Source: Reclinomonas americana ATCC 50394
Taxonomy: Eukaryota
Direction of reading: 5' to 3'
DNA length: 40,555 nt
Assembly (NCBI GenBank): GCA_048213135.1
Contig: PS015218.1
Location: 13,269 to 53,823, forward strand
The position numbers were made by a program, and so were the translations under genes. Under the pieces are notes generated by a model. It saw only the letters and a list, made by a program, of their open reading frames with translations. It was not told the origin of the DNA and did not search any database. Below are positions 1 to 12,000 of this stretch, in pieces. Numbering within the stretch: position 1 is the first letter of the stretch; every line of letters starts with the position of its first letter.

Positions 1-3000
1 TGGCTCGCGCTCATCTACATTCATCATCAACGAGAGTTGCGTGAACTGCATTCAATGTTTCGTGGCTTGCAGGGTTCTCATTTGTGCTTCTTTGTCCACA
101 GGCAATGTGATACCGACTGCGCCAGTGCTGTCCACCAGCACGTACGTTCCCCCGTTGGCCCTAGGAGCCGCCATTGGCACACTCGCCGCCACCGATGTGA
201 ACACTGGGCAGACGCTGTCGTTCACCATCACCGGCGGTAGCGCGCAGGCCTCCTTCTCTCTGGTCGGCACCGATCTTGTCTCTGCTGTCGCGGGCCTCAC
301 CGGCAGCGGCCTGCAAGTCACGGTCACTGTCTCCGACGGCGCAGGAGGCAGCAACTCGAGCACTTTCCTCATCAACGAAGGTGATTCGCATTGCCATTGT
401 GTGTATCATGTTTGCCATACTCACGTGAATCGCAGCCAATGTGTCTCCAACTGCTCCCACCCTCTCGACCAACGCCTACATTCCTCCGCTGGCACTCAAC
501 GGTGTCATTGGCCTGCTCTCGTCAAGCGACGTGAACACGGGCCAAACGCTGACGTACGCCGTCACCGGAGGCGCCAATCAGTCCATATTCAATATCAGCG
601 GCAACAGTCTCCGTGCCAATGTGGCCAGTCTCACTGGCAACGGCCTGCAAGTAACAGTGACGGTCAGCGACGGCGCCGGTGGCTCAACCACAAGTTCATT
701 TGTCATCAGCGAAGGTGTGCATTCACACACACATACGCTCACACACTTGTCTTTCTTGAGTTACTCACGCCGTCTGTGTGCAGCCAATGTGTCGCCGTCG
801 TCGCCGGTGCTGTCGACCCTGGTGTACCAGCCACCTCTCGCTCTCCATGGAACTATTGGCACGCTGTCGGCGACCGACGTGAACACGGGCCAGACACTGT
901 CGTTCTCCATCACTGGCGGTGCCGATCAGGCGTCGTTTGAGATCAATGGAACCACTCTGCGCTCCAGTGTCGCGGGTCTGGTCGGTTCGAGTCTGCAAGT
1001 CGTCGTGACAGTAAGCGACGGTGCCGGTGGATCGTCACAGGCCACATTCATTGTCACATCAAGTGCGTTGTCTTTCTCCATGGTTTGAGCTTTTTCTTTG
1101 CTGATTTCTCACACTCCGCAGTTGGCCCCGTGGACATGGCTCTATCCTCGACCACCTACACGCCACCGACCTCGACCGCGAATACAGTGATTGGCACGCT
1201 CTCCACAACCGACACATCTGCCTCTTCACCCTACACCTACGCGGTCGTGGGCGGAGCCGATGCTGCTGTCTTCTCGGTCATTGGAGATCAGCTGGTTATC
1301 CGAGCTGCGGGCCAGCGAGGCACTGGCCTGCAAGTGCAGGTGCTGTCAACCAATGCCAGTGGACAAACGCTGGCCAAGTTCTTTACCATCAACGACGGTG
1401 ACTGACAGTGGTTGGTGAAATCAAAAGTGTGTCGATGCTCACTCCCTTCTGTCGCTTGCAGTACCCGTGGCCCCGACTGACGTACTTTTATCCTCGTCGG
1501 CCTACGCACCGCCCACACCCGCTGCCAATACGGTGGTGGGCACACTCACTGGAGTCGACGGCAATGCGAACGACGCACTGTCACTGTCGATCGTCGGTGG
1601 TGCGAATAGTGCTCTCTTCGACATTGTCGGCTCGCAGTTGGTACTCCGCAACGTAGGCCAGCAGGGCAGCAATTTGCAAGTCACCGTCCGAGTCAGTGAT
1701 CCGTCCGGCGCGCACGTTGACAAGACGTTTACCGTCAACGAAGGTGCGTGCATGTGCTTCTCTGCCTTCTTGTGTCTGTGTCGCTCATCGAGTCTGTCGC
1801 TAGCCAATGTGCCTCCGTCAGCACTGGCACTCTCTACCACCACGTACTCGCCGGTACCCGCACCCGTTGGCACCATCGTTGCCACGCTCTCAACCACGTG
1901 CGTTTGCACTTACGATTGTTCCTGGTCCATCTGGGGTTCGTGAAATCCTCACTCTGCACGTCACCACAGAGACGCGAACTGCTGTCAGAGCATGACGTAC
2001 TCGATTGTTGGTGGCGCTGCTGCGTCTCGATTCAGCATCTCCGGGAACCAACTGGTGGTCGACAGCAGTGGCGGTCCGCTCACCGGCAACAGCCTGAGCA
2101 TTGTGGTGCGTGTCGATGACGGTGCAGGCGGTGTTCGAGACCAGACATTTGTGCTGGACGAGGCCAATGTGGCACCGACGGCGGTGACCTTGTCGTCGAT
2201 GACATACACGCCGCCGTCACCGTTGGGCACGGTCGTTGGCACGCTGGCGGCTGTGGATGCCAATTGCTGTCAATCGTTCACCTATTCCATGTGCGTTCAC
2301 CGTTGAGCTGGGACATTCTGCTTTATCGTTCTCACGCAAGTCTTCTTTGTCAGTGTTGGTGGACCTGATGCCAGCAAGTTCTCCGTGTCGGGAGACCAGC
2401 TGGTGGTTGCAGCTGCCACTCTCAACACGTCGCCTCTCACCGTGATTGTGCACGCCGACGACGGCGCGGGCGGCTCTGTCGACCAGACACTGACCATCAC
2501 TGAAGGTTTGTGTGGCCGGCAGTGGGTTAGCACATCTGCTGCGCGTGTGGTTCACTTCTTGTTGCGCAGCTAATGTGCCGCCGAGTGATCTTCTGCTGTC
2601 GCCATCAACGTATGTGCCGCCAGCGGCACAGGGATCAGTTATTGGCTCTCTGTTTGTGATCGACGCCAACTGTTGTCAGTCACACACCTACTCCATGTTG
2701 CGCAACGACCAGCCGTGTTTTCTTTGCTGCTTACCTTCTCGTGTGCCTGCCAGCTGATCCCCTCTATCATGCAGTGTTGGAGGCGCAAACCAGGGTCTGT
2801 TTGCGGTCTCCGGCACCGACTTGCTTGCCAATGTTCCCGGTGGCTTGTCGGGCACTGGATTGCTGGTCACCATTCGTGTCTCTGATGGATTCTCCTCGTT
2901 GGACCGCACATTTACTGTCAACGAAGGTGTGTGTGTGTGTGTTGCGGAAATGACCGACGAGCTCGTACACCGCAAAGTGTGCCTTACTGACTGATGGGTG

Positions 3001-6000
3001 ACTTGTCGACTGCAGTCAACGTGGCACCAAGCGACATTATTTTGTGGGGGACAACGTACACTCCGCCGACCTCGAGCGCGAATGTCGTGGTGGGCTTCTT
3101 CACCTCGTTGGATGCCAACACGGGCGACACATTCACCTACTGTTGCGTCGTGCATGGATTGCAATTGTGTGGGGGTTACCATCTCTGATTGAGACTGACA
3201 TGATCGTGATCTCGTCAATGTCAATGCAGCAATCTCTGGCGGCCCGCACTCTGCCATGTTCAACATCAATGGCACGCAACTACGACTGAGCGCCGCAAAC
3301 TCTCGTGGCGATCCACTGCGGGTCGAAGTGCAGTCGACCGACGCGGCCGGTGCCTGGGTCCGCAAGCTGTTTATCATCACTGAAGGTCCCACATCTCTGT
3401 CGATCATGCCTGTTGTATGTCATCTCACTCGTCCGTACGCACAGTGAACGTGCCGCCATCGGCATTGGTGCTGAGCTCCAACACATATGTGCCGCCAACT
3501 CTCACCGCCGGAGTGGTGGTGGGTTCGCTCACCACCGTCGACGCCAACACGCTGGGCTCATACACGTACACGGTCGTCGCCGGCTTCAACGAATCGCTGT
3601 TTGTGCTCAGCGGGTCGACGCTATCGCTGGCACTGGCGGGGCAGACTGGCAACAACCTGCGTATCCGCATCGAAGTATCCGATGGTCGTGGTGGAACTAT
3701 GCAGACAACATTTACGTGAGTGTGCTGTCGCGGAGATTTGTGGTTCTCATTTTGATTCTCGCATCTAACTTTTTGTTTCTAACGTGCGCCTCCGTGTCTC
3801 TCTCTCTCCGCGCACAGCATCAACGAAGGTACCGTTAATTGCACATGATTCCACGCCTCTACTGTCCACTGATTGTATTTGTTTCGCGTTCTGCAGCCAA
3901 CGTGCCACCAGCAAACCTGGCGCTGTCGACAACGTTCTACGCTCCACGTAGTTTGCAGAATGCTTTGATTGGAGTGCTGTCGGCCACCGATGCTAACTGC
4001 TGTCAGAGTCTTTCGTACACTCTCATTGGCAATGACGACGACTCCAAGTTCTATGTTACGCACCGTCTGTCATTCGCTGTGTTGGTGTCGCGCGACTCTA
4101 GATCTGATTGTATGCTATGCGCAGATTGGTGGTGTTGCTGGTAACGAGCTGCATGTACAGACGCTGGTGCTGAGCGGCATGGTGTGTATTCACGCGGCTG
4201 CAAGAGAGTGTGTGACCCTTGCTCACGTGGAACGTTGCAGAACCTCGTCATCACTGTTCGCGTGAGTGACGGCAACGGCGGCTCACAAGACACCACTTTC
4301 TTCCTCAACGAAGGTGCGATGTGCTGCTGTCCGCCATCCTTGTGCACCTGTTGCTTACGTTGTTGTTTCAGTCAACGTTGCACCGTCGAGCATCTCGTTG
4401 TCACCGGCGACGTACGCGCCACCTTTGGCAGCTGCCAACACCGTGGTTGGCACACTGTCGGCTGTCGACGCCAACTGCTGTCAGACGGTGACGTACACGA
4501 TCCTGGCGGGTGGCTCCGGNNNNNNNNNNNNNNNNNNNNNNNNNNNNNNNNNNNNNNNNNNNNNNNNNNNNNNNNNNNNNNNNNNNNNNNNNNNNNNNNN
4601 NNNNNNNNNNNNNNNNNNNNNNNNNNNNNNNNNNNNNNNNNNNNNNNNNNNNNNNNNNNNNNNNNNNNNNNNNNNNNNNNNNNNNNNNNNNNNNNNNNNN
4701 NNNNNNNNNNNNNNNNNNNNNNNNNNNNNNNNNNNNNNNNNNNNNNNNNNNNNNNNNNNNNNNNNNNNNNNNNNNNNNNNNNNNNNNNNNNNNNNNNNNN
4801 NNNNNNNNNNNNNNNNNNNNNNNNNNNNNNNNNNNNNNNNNNNNNNNNNNNNNNNNNNNNNNNNNNNNNNNNNNNNNNNNNNNNNNNNNNNNNNNNNNNN
4901 NNNNNNNNNNNNNNNNNNNNNNNNNNNNNNNNNNNNNNNNNNNNNNNNNNNNNNNNNNNNNNNNNNNNNNNNNNNNNNNNNNNNNNNNNNNNNNNNNNNN
5001 NNNNNNNNNNNNNNNNNNNNNNNNNNNNNNNNNNNNNNNNNNNNNNNNNNNNNNNNNNNNNNNNNNNNNNNNNNNNNNNNNNNNNNNNNNNNNNNNNNNN
5101 NNNNNNNNNNNNNNNNCTGCTGCGACGTATTCACCTATTCCATGTTGCGACATTGTGCTCGACGACATTTCTCCGGTGCGTGCTCACATCACTCACTTGG
5201 TCGTGCCTACCCACAGAGTCGGTGGCGCCGATGCGGCCTTGTTCGCTGTCGTTGGATCGCAGATCCGCACCGCCGTGCCGAGCTTGAGTGGACGCAACCT
5301 TCAGGTGATTGTGCGAACAGATGATGGTCGTGGTGGAACGGTGGATACGACGCTGTCTCTCGGTGATGGTGCGCTGGAGTTGATCGTGTCCCTTGTACGG
5401 AGAGTGACGCGATACTGACACAGACAGAACCTTCGTTACCCGTTCGCAGCCAATGTTGCTCCGTCCGGCATCTCTCTCTCGTCGAACACATACACGCCGG
5501 CCACGTTGGCTGCGAATCAGCCAGTGGGCACGTTGAGCGCCACCGACCTCAATGCCTGGGACACGGCGACGTTCTCCATTGTTGGCGGTGCTAACCAGGC
5601 GCTGTTCACCATCATTGGAAATCAGCTGTGCTTGCGCAATGCTGGTCAGACGGGAACCAATCTGTCCGTGATTGTGCGAGCCACCGACACGGCCGGTGCC
5701 TCACTCGATGTGCCGTTCACTGTCAACGATGGTATGCCGATGATTGACTGACATGTGACGCAGCCTTCGGAGACTCACACTGCTCTCCCTCGCAGTACCG
5801 GTGGCACCCACGTCGGTGTCGCTCTCCTCCAGTACCTACGTGCCACCCACCGCCTCAGCCAATGGGGTGGTCGGCGTTCTGACGACTGCTGACTCCAACG
5901 CGACTGACTCGTTCACCTACTCGGTTGTTGGCGGCGCCGACGCTGCCCTCTTTGATGTTGTCAATGGCAATCTGGTGTTCAAGAACGCCGGGCAACGCGG

Positions 6001-9000
6001 TGACGGACTGCAGGTGGTGGTACGATCGACAGACTCCACCGGCAACTTTGTGGATCAGCCATTTGTGTTGAACGAGGGTGTGTCATTCTCGTTGATGCGT
6101 TTCCTCGATATCGATCGTTTCCAGTGCTGACATGTCGTGATGATTGATTCACGCAGCCAATGTGCCGCCTTCCAACCTCCTGCTGGACAGCACGTCATAT
6201 GTGCCACTGGATCCGACGCCGGGACAAGTGGTTGGCATCCTTCAAGGCGTGGATGCGAACACCGCCTCAACATTCACCTATTCGATTGTTGGCGGTGCCG
6301 ATGCTAGTCTGTTCTACATCTCCGGCAACCAGCTGCGCCTCGTCAACACCAACCAGTCCGGCAACAACCTGCAGGTGCTGATTCAAGTCAGCGACGGTCG
6401 CGGTGGCACCCTACAGCAATCGTTTTTGATCTCGGAGGAGAATGTCGTGCCCACCGACATCCATTTGAGTGGCACGACATATGTGCCTCCCACCAGCGGG
6501 CCATTCACGGTGGTCGGCACGCTGGCTACTGAGGACAGCAACGTCGGGCAGTCGCACACCTACACGCTGCAGCCGGTGGGCGACTTCGCGGTGTTCGACA
6601 TTGCAGCCGACGTGTTGCGCATTCGTGCCGCGGGCCAAGTGGGCCACTCGTTCAGCATTCAGATCCTGACTGACGATGGCGCTGGTGGCACGTTCTTGAA
6701 GTGGTTTACCATCACCGACGGTGAGTAGTACGCTTCGATGAGCATCGTAACCCCAAGTGTTCAAATTAACACACTAACACGCTGTTTCTCGTGCAGTGAA
6801 TGTCCCTCCCACGGACATTGGTCTGTCGCCCGCATCGTACCTGCCGCCGACATTGGCAGCCAATACGGTTGTGGGCACTCTCTCAGCCACTGATGCCAAT
6901 GGTTTTGTATTGCTTCTTAGCTGCACACAATTGTTTCTGTTACTCATCCTTCATCTTTTCCGTCTCTCTTCCGTCGCNNNNNNNNNNNNNNNNNNNNNNN
7001 NNNNNNNNNNNNNNNNNNNNNNNNNNNNNNNNNNNNNNNNNNNNNNNNNNNNNNNNNNNNNNNNNNNNNNNNNNNNNNNNNNNNNNNNNNNNNNNNNNNN
7101 NNNNNNNNNNNNNNNNNNNNNNNNNNNNNNNNNNNNNNNNNNNNNNNNNNNNNNNNNNNNNNNNNNNNNNNNNNNNNNNNNNNNNNNNNNNNNNNNNNNN
7201 NNNNNAGTTGCCGATGTGCACGCCTTCAGTATCGTCGGTGGCTCAAATGCAGCTGCATTCGACATTGTGAGTGGCAACCGTCTGGTGCTGCGCAACATTG
7301 GTCAGCGAGGCACCCTCGCAGTGGTCGTTCGAGCCACGGATGCCGCCGGGGCCAATTTCGACAAACTGTTGCGTTAATCATTTGTCTTGCTTCCGCATCA
7401 GTCGGTGTGCTCACGCTGCCTCCACTTTTCCAGATTTACCGTCGTCGATGGTTGCGTACCATTTTTGTCACTTGGCTGTCATCCTCAAAGTGTACCTCCT
7501 TTTCTAAGTTTTTTGTCTTTCCCTCACAGACCCGGTTTCACCGTCGGCTATCACCGTGTCGGCGACGACGTATTCCGCACCCACGCCGTCTGCAAATACG
7601 CCGGTCGCCACGTTGACAGCCGTTGACGGTAACATCAGCGACACGTTCACGTTCTCAATCGTGGGTGGCGCTTCGGCCGCCTTGTTTGATGTGCAAGGGA
7701 ACCAGCTGGTTCTCCGCTCTGCGGGCCAGACGGGCAACGGACTGCAGGTAGTTGTGCAGGTGAGTTCACAGGATTGTCCGTGTCCAAGTGCGCTGCCTTT
7801 GTGCTTGCTGACTGTTGTGTGCAGGTGACGGACAGCACTGGCCGGAGTGCGGTGCAGACGCTGACATTCAACGAAGGTCGGTCATCGCTTACTGCTACTT
7901 GTCGCTGGTTATTTCTCATCAAGATTTCTCGCACCATGGCCAGTCAATGTGCCACCAACGGCACTTGCACTCTCACCGCAACTGTACACGCCGCCGGGCG
8001 TGGTGGGTGCCACTGTTGGTCAGCTGACGACCACCGACAGCAATACCGGAGAGACATTTACGTACTCGATTGTCGGCGGTGCCAATCAGCTGGCCTTCAG
8101 CATCAGCAACGATCGCCTGTTGGTGGCCACCACGGGACTCTCCGGTAATGGCCTTTTGGTGCAAGTGCGTTCCACCGACTCGGGCGGTCTTTCCATTACA
8201 TCCACCTTCACAATCAACGAAGGTCTGTGAAGCCTCTCCGCCTGTCTCCTGAATCGATGATTGGCACACTCACGCTTCCTCCACCACCAGCCAACGTGCC
8301 ACCGACGTCCATCTCGCTCAGCAACAACACCTACACTCCACCAACCACCAGCGCCCTGCAGCCCATTGGCATTCTCAGTGCTGTGGATGTGAACACTGGC
8401 CAAACTGTGTCATTTACCGTCCGACCTGGCGGCTCCGGCGCCCTCTTCACCGTGTTGGCCACGATGCCACCCCAGTTGGCCTTCGTGGCGGCAGGTCAGC
8501 GTGGCACTGCCTTGACTGTCACGGTAATTTGACGAAGAAGTGCCAGAGTATGTGGTTGCAGCATTGCGTCTTTGTGACTGACATTTTTGTGGCGCTGCAC
8601 GCAGATTCGAGCGACGGACTCGGTTGGCGGCTTCTCCGACCGCAATTTTGTTATCAACGACTGTTGCGTTGTTACTCGCCAACAGTCGCAATCTTGCTCT
8701 CCCGCCCCCTCACTACAGCTACTTTTTGCGCAGTGCCCGTGCCACCCACCGCCATGGCGCTGTCTTCATTGACGTACACACCGCCGACTGCCGTCGCGAA
8801 CACTGTGGTCGGCATCCTCAGCGCGGTAGACGAGAACACGGCTGACACATTTACGTGGTCGATTGTGCCGGGTGGTCAGTCGAATCTCTTCGACGTGTCG
8901 CCGACAGGTGCTCTCATGCTGCGAAACGCCGGTCAAGGTGGCAATGGATTGCAGGTCACTGTCAAGGTTTGTGGAGCAGCCTCTTTCGTGGGGAGATTGG

Positions 9001-12000
9001 TGTTTCCTTGCTGACTGTCAAATTGCAGGTGACCGACAGCGCCGGTAACACGCTGACTCGCACATTCACTATCGACGAAGGTTTGACCTTATCTGCTTGC
9101 TTGATGTGCGACGCGCGATGATGTGCTAATTCGTATTCGTGTCGGCAGCCAATGTGCCACCGCAATCTACCACGTTGACGCCCAACACGTTTGTTCCTCC
9201 GACACTGGCGGTGAATACAGTGGTGGGCACGCTGTCGACAGTGGACGCCAACTGCTGTCAGTCGTGGACGTACACGATTCAGCCGGGCTTGCAGGGGGCT
9301 GTGTTCAACAGTTTCGTGCGCGAGTTTGTTAGTTTCCCAATCTTCTGCGCAGTAACACTTACCTATGTGGCCTTGTGTCGCAGTCTTTGGCAATCAGCTC
9401 CGCATCTCGTCAGCTGGTGTGAAAGGCTACGGAATGCAGTTGGTGGTGCGCACCACTGACAGCGCTGGTGGCATTCTGGACTCAACGCTGACGGTTACCG
9501 AACGTGCGTCTCTCGATCATGACGTGCTTATCGTGTTCTTGTGGCAGCGTCTCACATCTTGTGTATTCTATTCTCCATAGAAAATGTGCCACCCACCATT
9601 CTCTCTCTGTCGTCCTCCACGTACATACCGGCTACTGTGACGACGAACACCGTCATCGGTGCACTCTCTGTGTTTGATGCCAACTCTTCGCCTCCGGAGG
9701 CGCACGTATTTTCGATTGTGGGCGGGTCGTCGTCATCGCTGTTCAACGTTCTCGGTGCCAATCTGGTGCTGGTGAACGCCAGCCAGGTTGGCACCAACCT
9801 GCATGTCATTGTGGTGCGTTGGTTGTTTTTGAAGGGCAGTATGTGGTCGTGCTATGGACTGACTGCATGGAAACAGCGCGTCACGGATACACTCGGCCCG
9901 GCATCACTCGACAAGGAGTTTGTCGTCACTGATGGTGCGTAGCTCGGTCTTCATCCTCTGTTACATCTCCTTTATTCCTCACCGCATCATCCCTAGTTCC
10001 GGTGCCGCCACGGGCCGTTCTGATGTCGTCGTACTCCTACACACCTGCGTCTGCCACTCCCAACACACCCGTCGGCAATCTCACGGTGCTTGACGACAAC
10101 GTGACCGATATTGCCACATTCTCGCTGGTCGGTGGCGCCAATATGAATCTCTTCGCAATCGTCGGTTCCACGTTGGTAGTGCGCAACGCTGGTCAGGTGG
10201 GAAACAACTTGAGCGTGATTGTTCGCGCCACCGACAGCGCCGGCCTGTTCCGAGACGAAGTTTTCACCATCAGCGAAAGTTGCGTCTTTTCGTTTGTTCT
10301 TGCTTTGCAATCTTGTTGCTCTCCCCTCTCTCGTCACCTCTACCCCTTTCCTATTCTCTCTCATTCTTTGATGACTCTGGCTCGCAATCCTTATTTTTCG
10401 TCTTCCCTTACGCCCAATGCATGCAGGTAACTCGCCTCCCACAAATATTGGACTCAGCAAGCAGTATTATGTGGCGCCTACCTTGACCAACAATTTCGTG
10501 CTCGGTACACTCTCAGCAGTCGATGCCAACTCGCAAGATTCTTTCATGTACTCCATCGTGCCTGGCCAGGGCGATGCACTGCTCAACATCAACAACGCGG
10601 CCGTGCCACCTGAGCTGCGCATCACGGCAGCAGGACAGACAGCCTCCAATCTTGTCGTTACCATTCGTGTCACCGACAGCGGTGGCGCCTCATTCCAGAA
10701 GACGTTTGTGATTGCCGCCAGTTTCGTTCTCGTTCTCTTCTTCTCGTGCAAGTCGCCGTATGCCGTCATCGCTAACGACTGCCTTTGATTGCCTGCCACC
10801 TCCTCGCAGTCGCTGCAACTGGATTCTTACCAGCCACGGCGGCCACTGACACATTGTCGAGTGGCTTCACTGTTGTCGGCACGAACCTGGCAAGCACCCA
10901 GTTCTTCCAGCTGCAGTCTGCTAGCACGGCTCCCTGCAATGGCTCCGGCATTCCGCTCACATCGACCACCGTGGTCTCGCAGGCAGCATCGTTGCCGCTG
11001 GGTGTCACCCCCGGCCCCATTCCGACCGGCAGCTGTTACGTACACCTTCTATCAAGTGCTGTGTGGCGTGCGCGTGTCTCTCACGTCGAGTGCAGACATT
11101 GTGTGTTTCTCGGTGGACGGCGTCTCGCCGTACGTGCAAGTGGGCACGACCAGCTTGTCAATCGGTGTGTAGCAGTATGTGAGGCTTGTGTTGGTCTTGG
11201 CAGTCCTGTTGATTTCTTGCACAGTGCGCGCGGCTGCACTGATTCCCAATGCCGTTGTTGCTGACGAATCAGCGAAGCGCATCACCGTTCAAGGTAATGG
11301 GTTGAACAAGGCGCGCAATGTGTTCAAGTTAGTGCTGCGGTCGACGACATGTGCCAGCGGTGCTGCTGTTGGCACAATCACTGGTGAGGAAGAGACCTTA
11401 TTTTGCGTGTTTCTGCTGACGCGTTGCTCATTCGCGCTGTGCAGTGGATCCTGTTGGACCAACCGACACGTCCCTTGAGTTGCTGGTCGCCGTGCCTGTG
11501 CCAGCCGACCTGGTGAACGGCACATTCCTGCGCATGTGTATCCAGGTCAATGTCGGCACGCCATTTGTTGAGTTCACGCCAGTGGCGAGCAACGGCGATG
11601 TCACCGCAGGTACGACAAAAAGTCGATCCCTTCCTGACCGTGTTTGCGTGCTGAAATAACTGACGATCATTCTCGCAGTGGTGATCTCGTCAATCGTCCC
11701 CAATGTTCTTTCTGTCGGCACATCGCCACTCTCTGTGCAGCTGGTTGGCGCACACCTCGATGCCGCCGATCAGTACGTGGTGGCACTTCCGTCGACCACA
11801 TGCACCGTGCCTGCTGGTAGCAGCCCGGCTGGCGCAATCACTACCACGGTCGTCACTGCGCCACCCTCCTCAGCCACGCTCACGCTGGCACTCCCGCTGA
11901 CGGCCGGGGTGTATAAGTTGCGTTAAGAGGGGAGATGTACAAGGACAGGTCAATGTGCATAATCCACTCATGCACTGTCTTGGTGCGCGCAGGGTGTGCA

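Noticed and set aside
8663-8733. Euglenid-like intron end pairing (5' TGCG with 3' CGCA)
   Set aside because: Only 4 bp. Many shifted-donor introns end in ACAG, CCAG or TAG, and normal branch motifs are present.
102-10720. Bacterial contamination (bacterial-style adhesin)
   Set aside because: The gene has dozens of spliceosomal introns with the same signals as the neighbouring eukaryotic genes.
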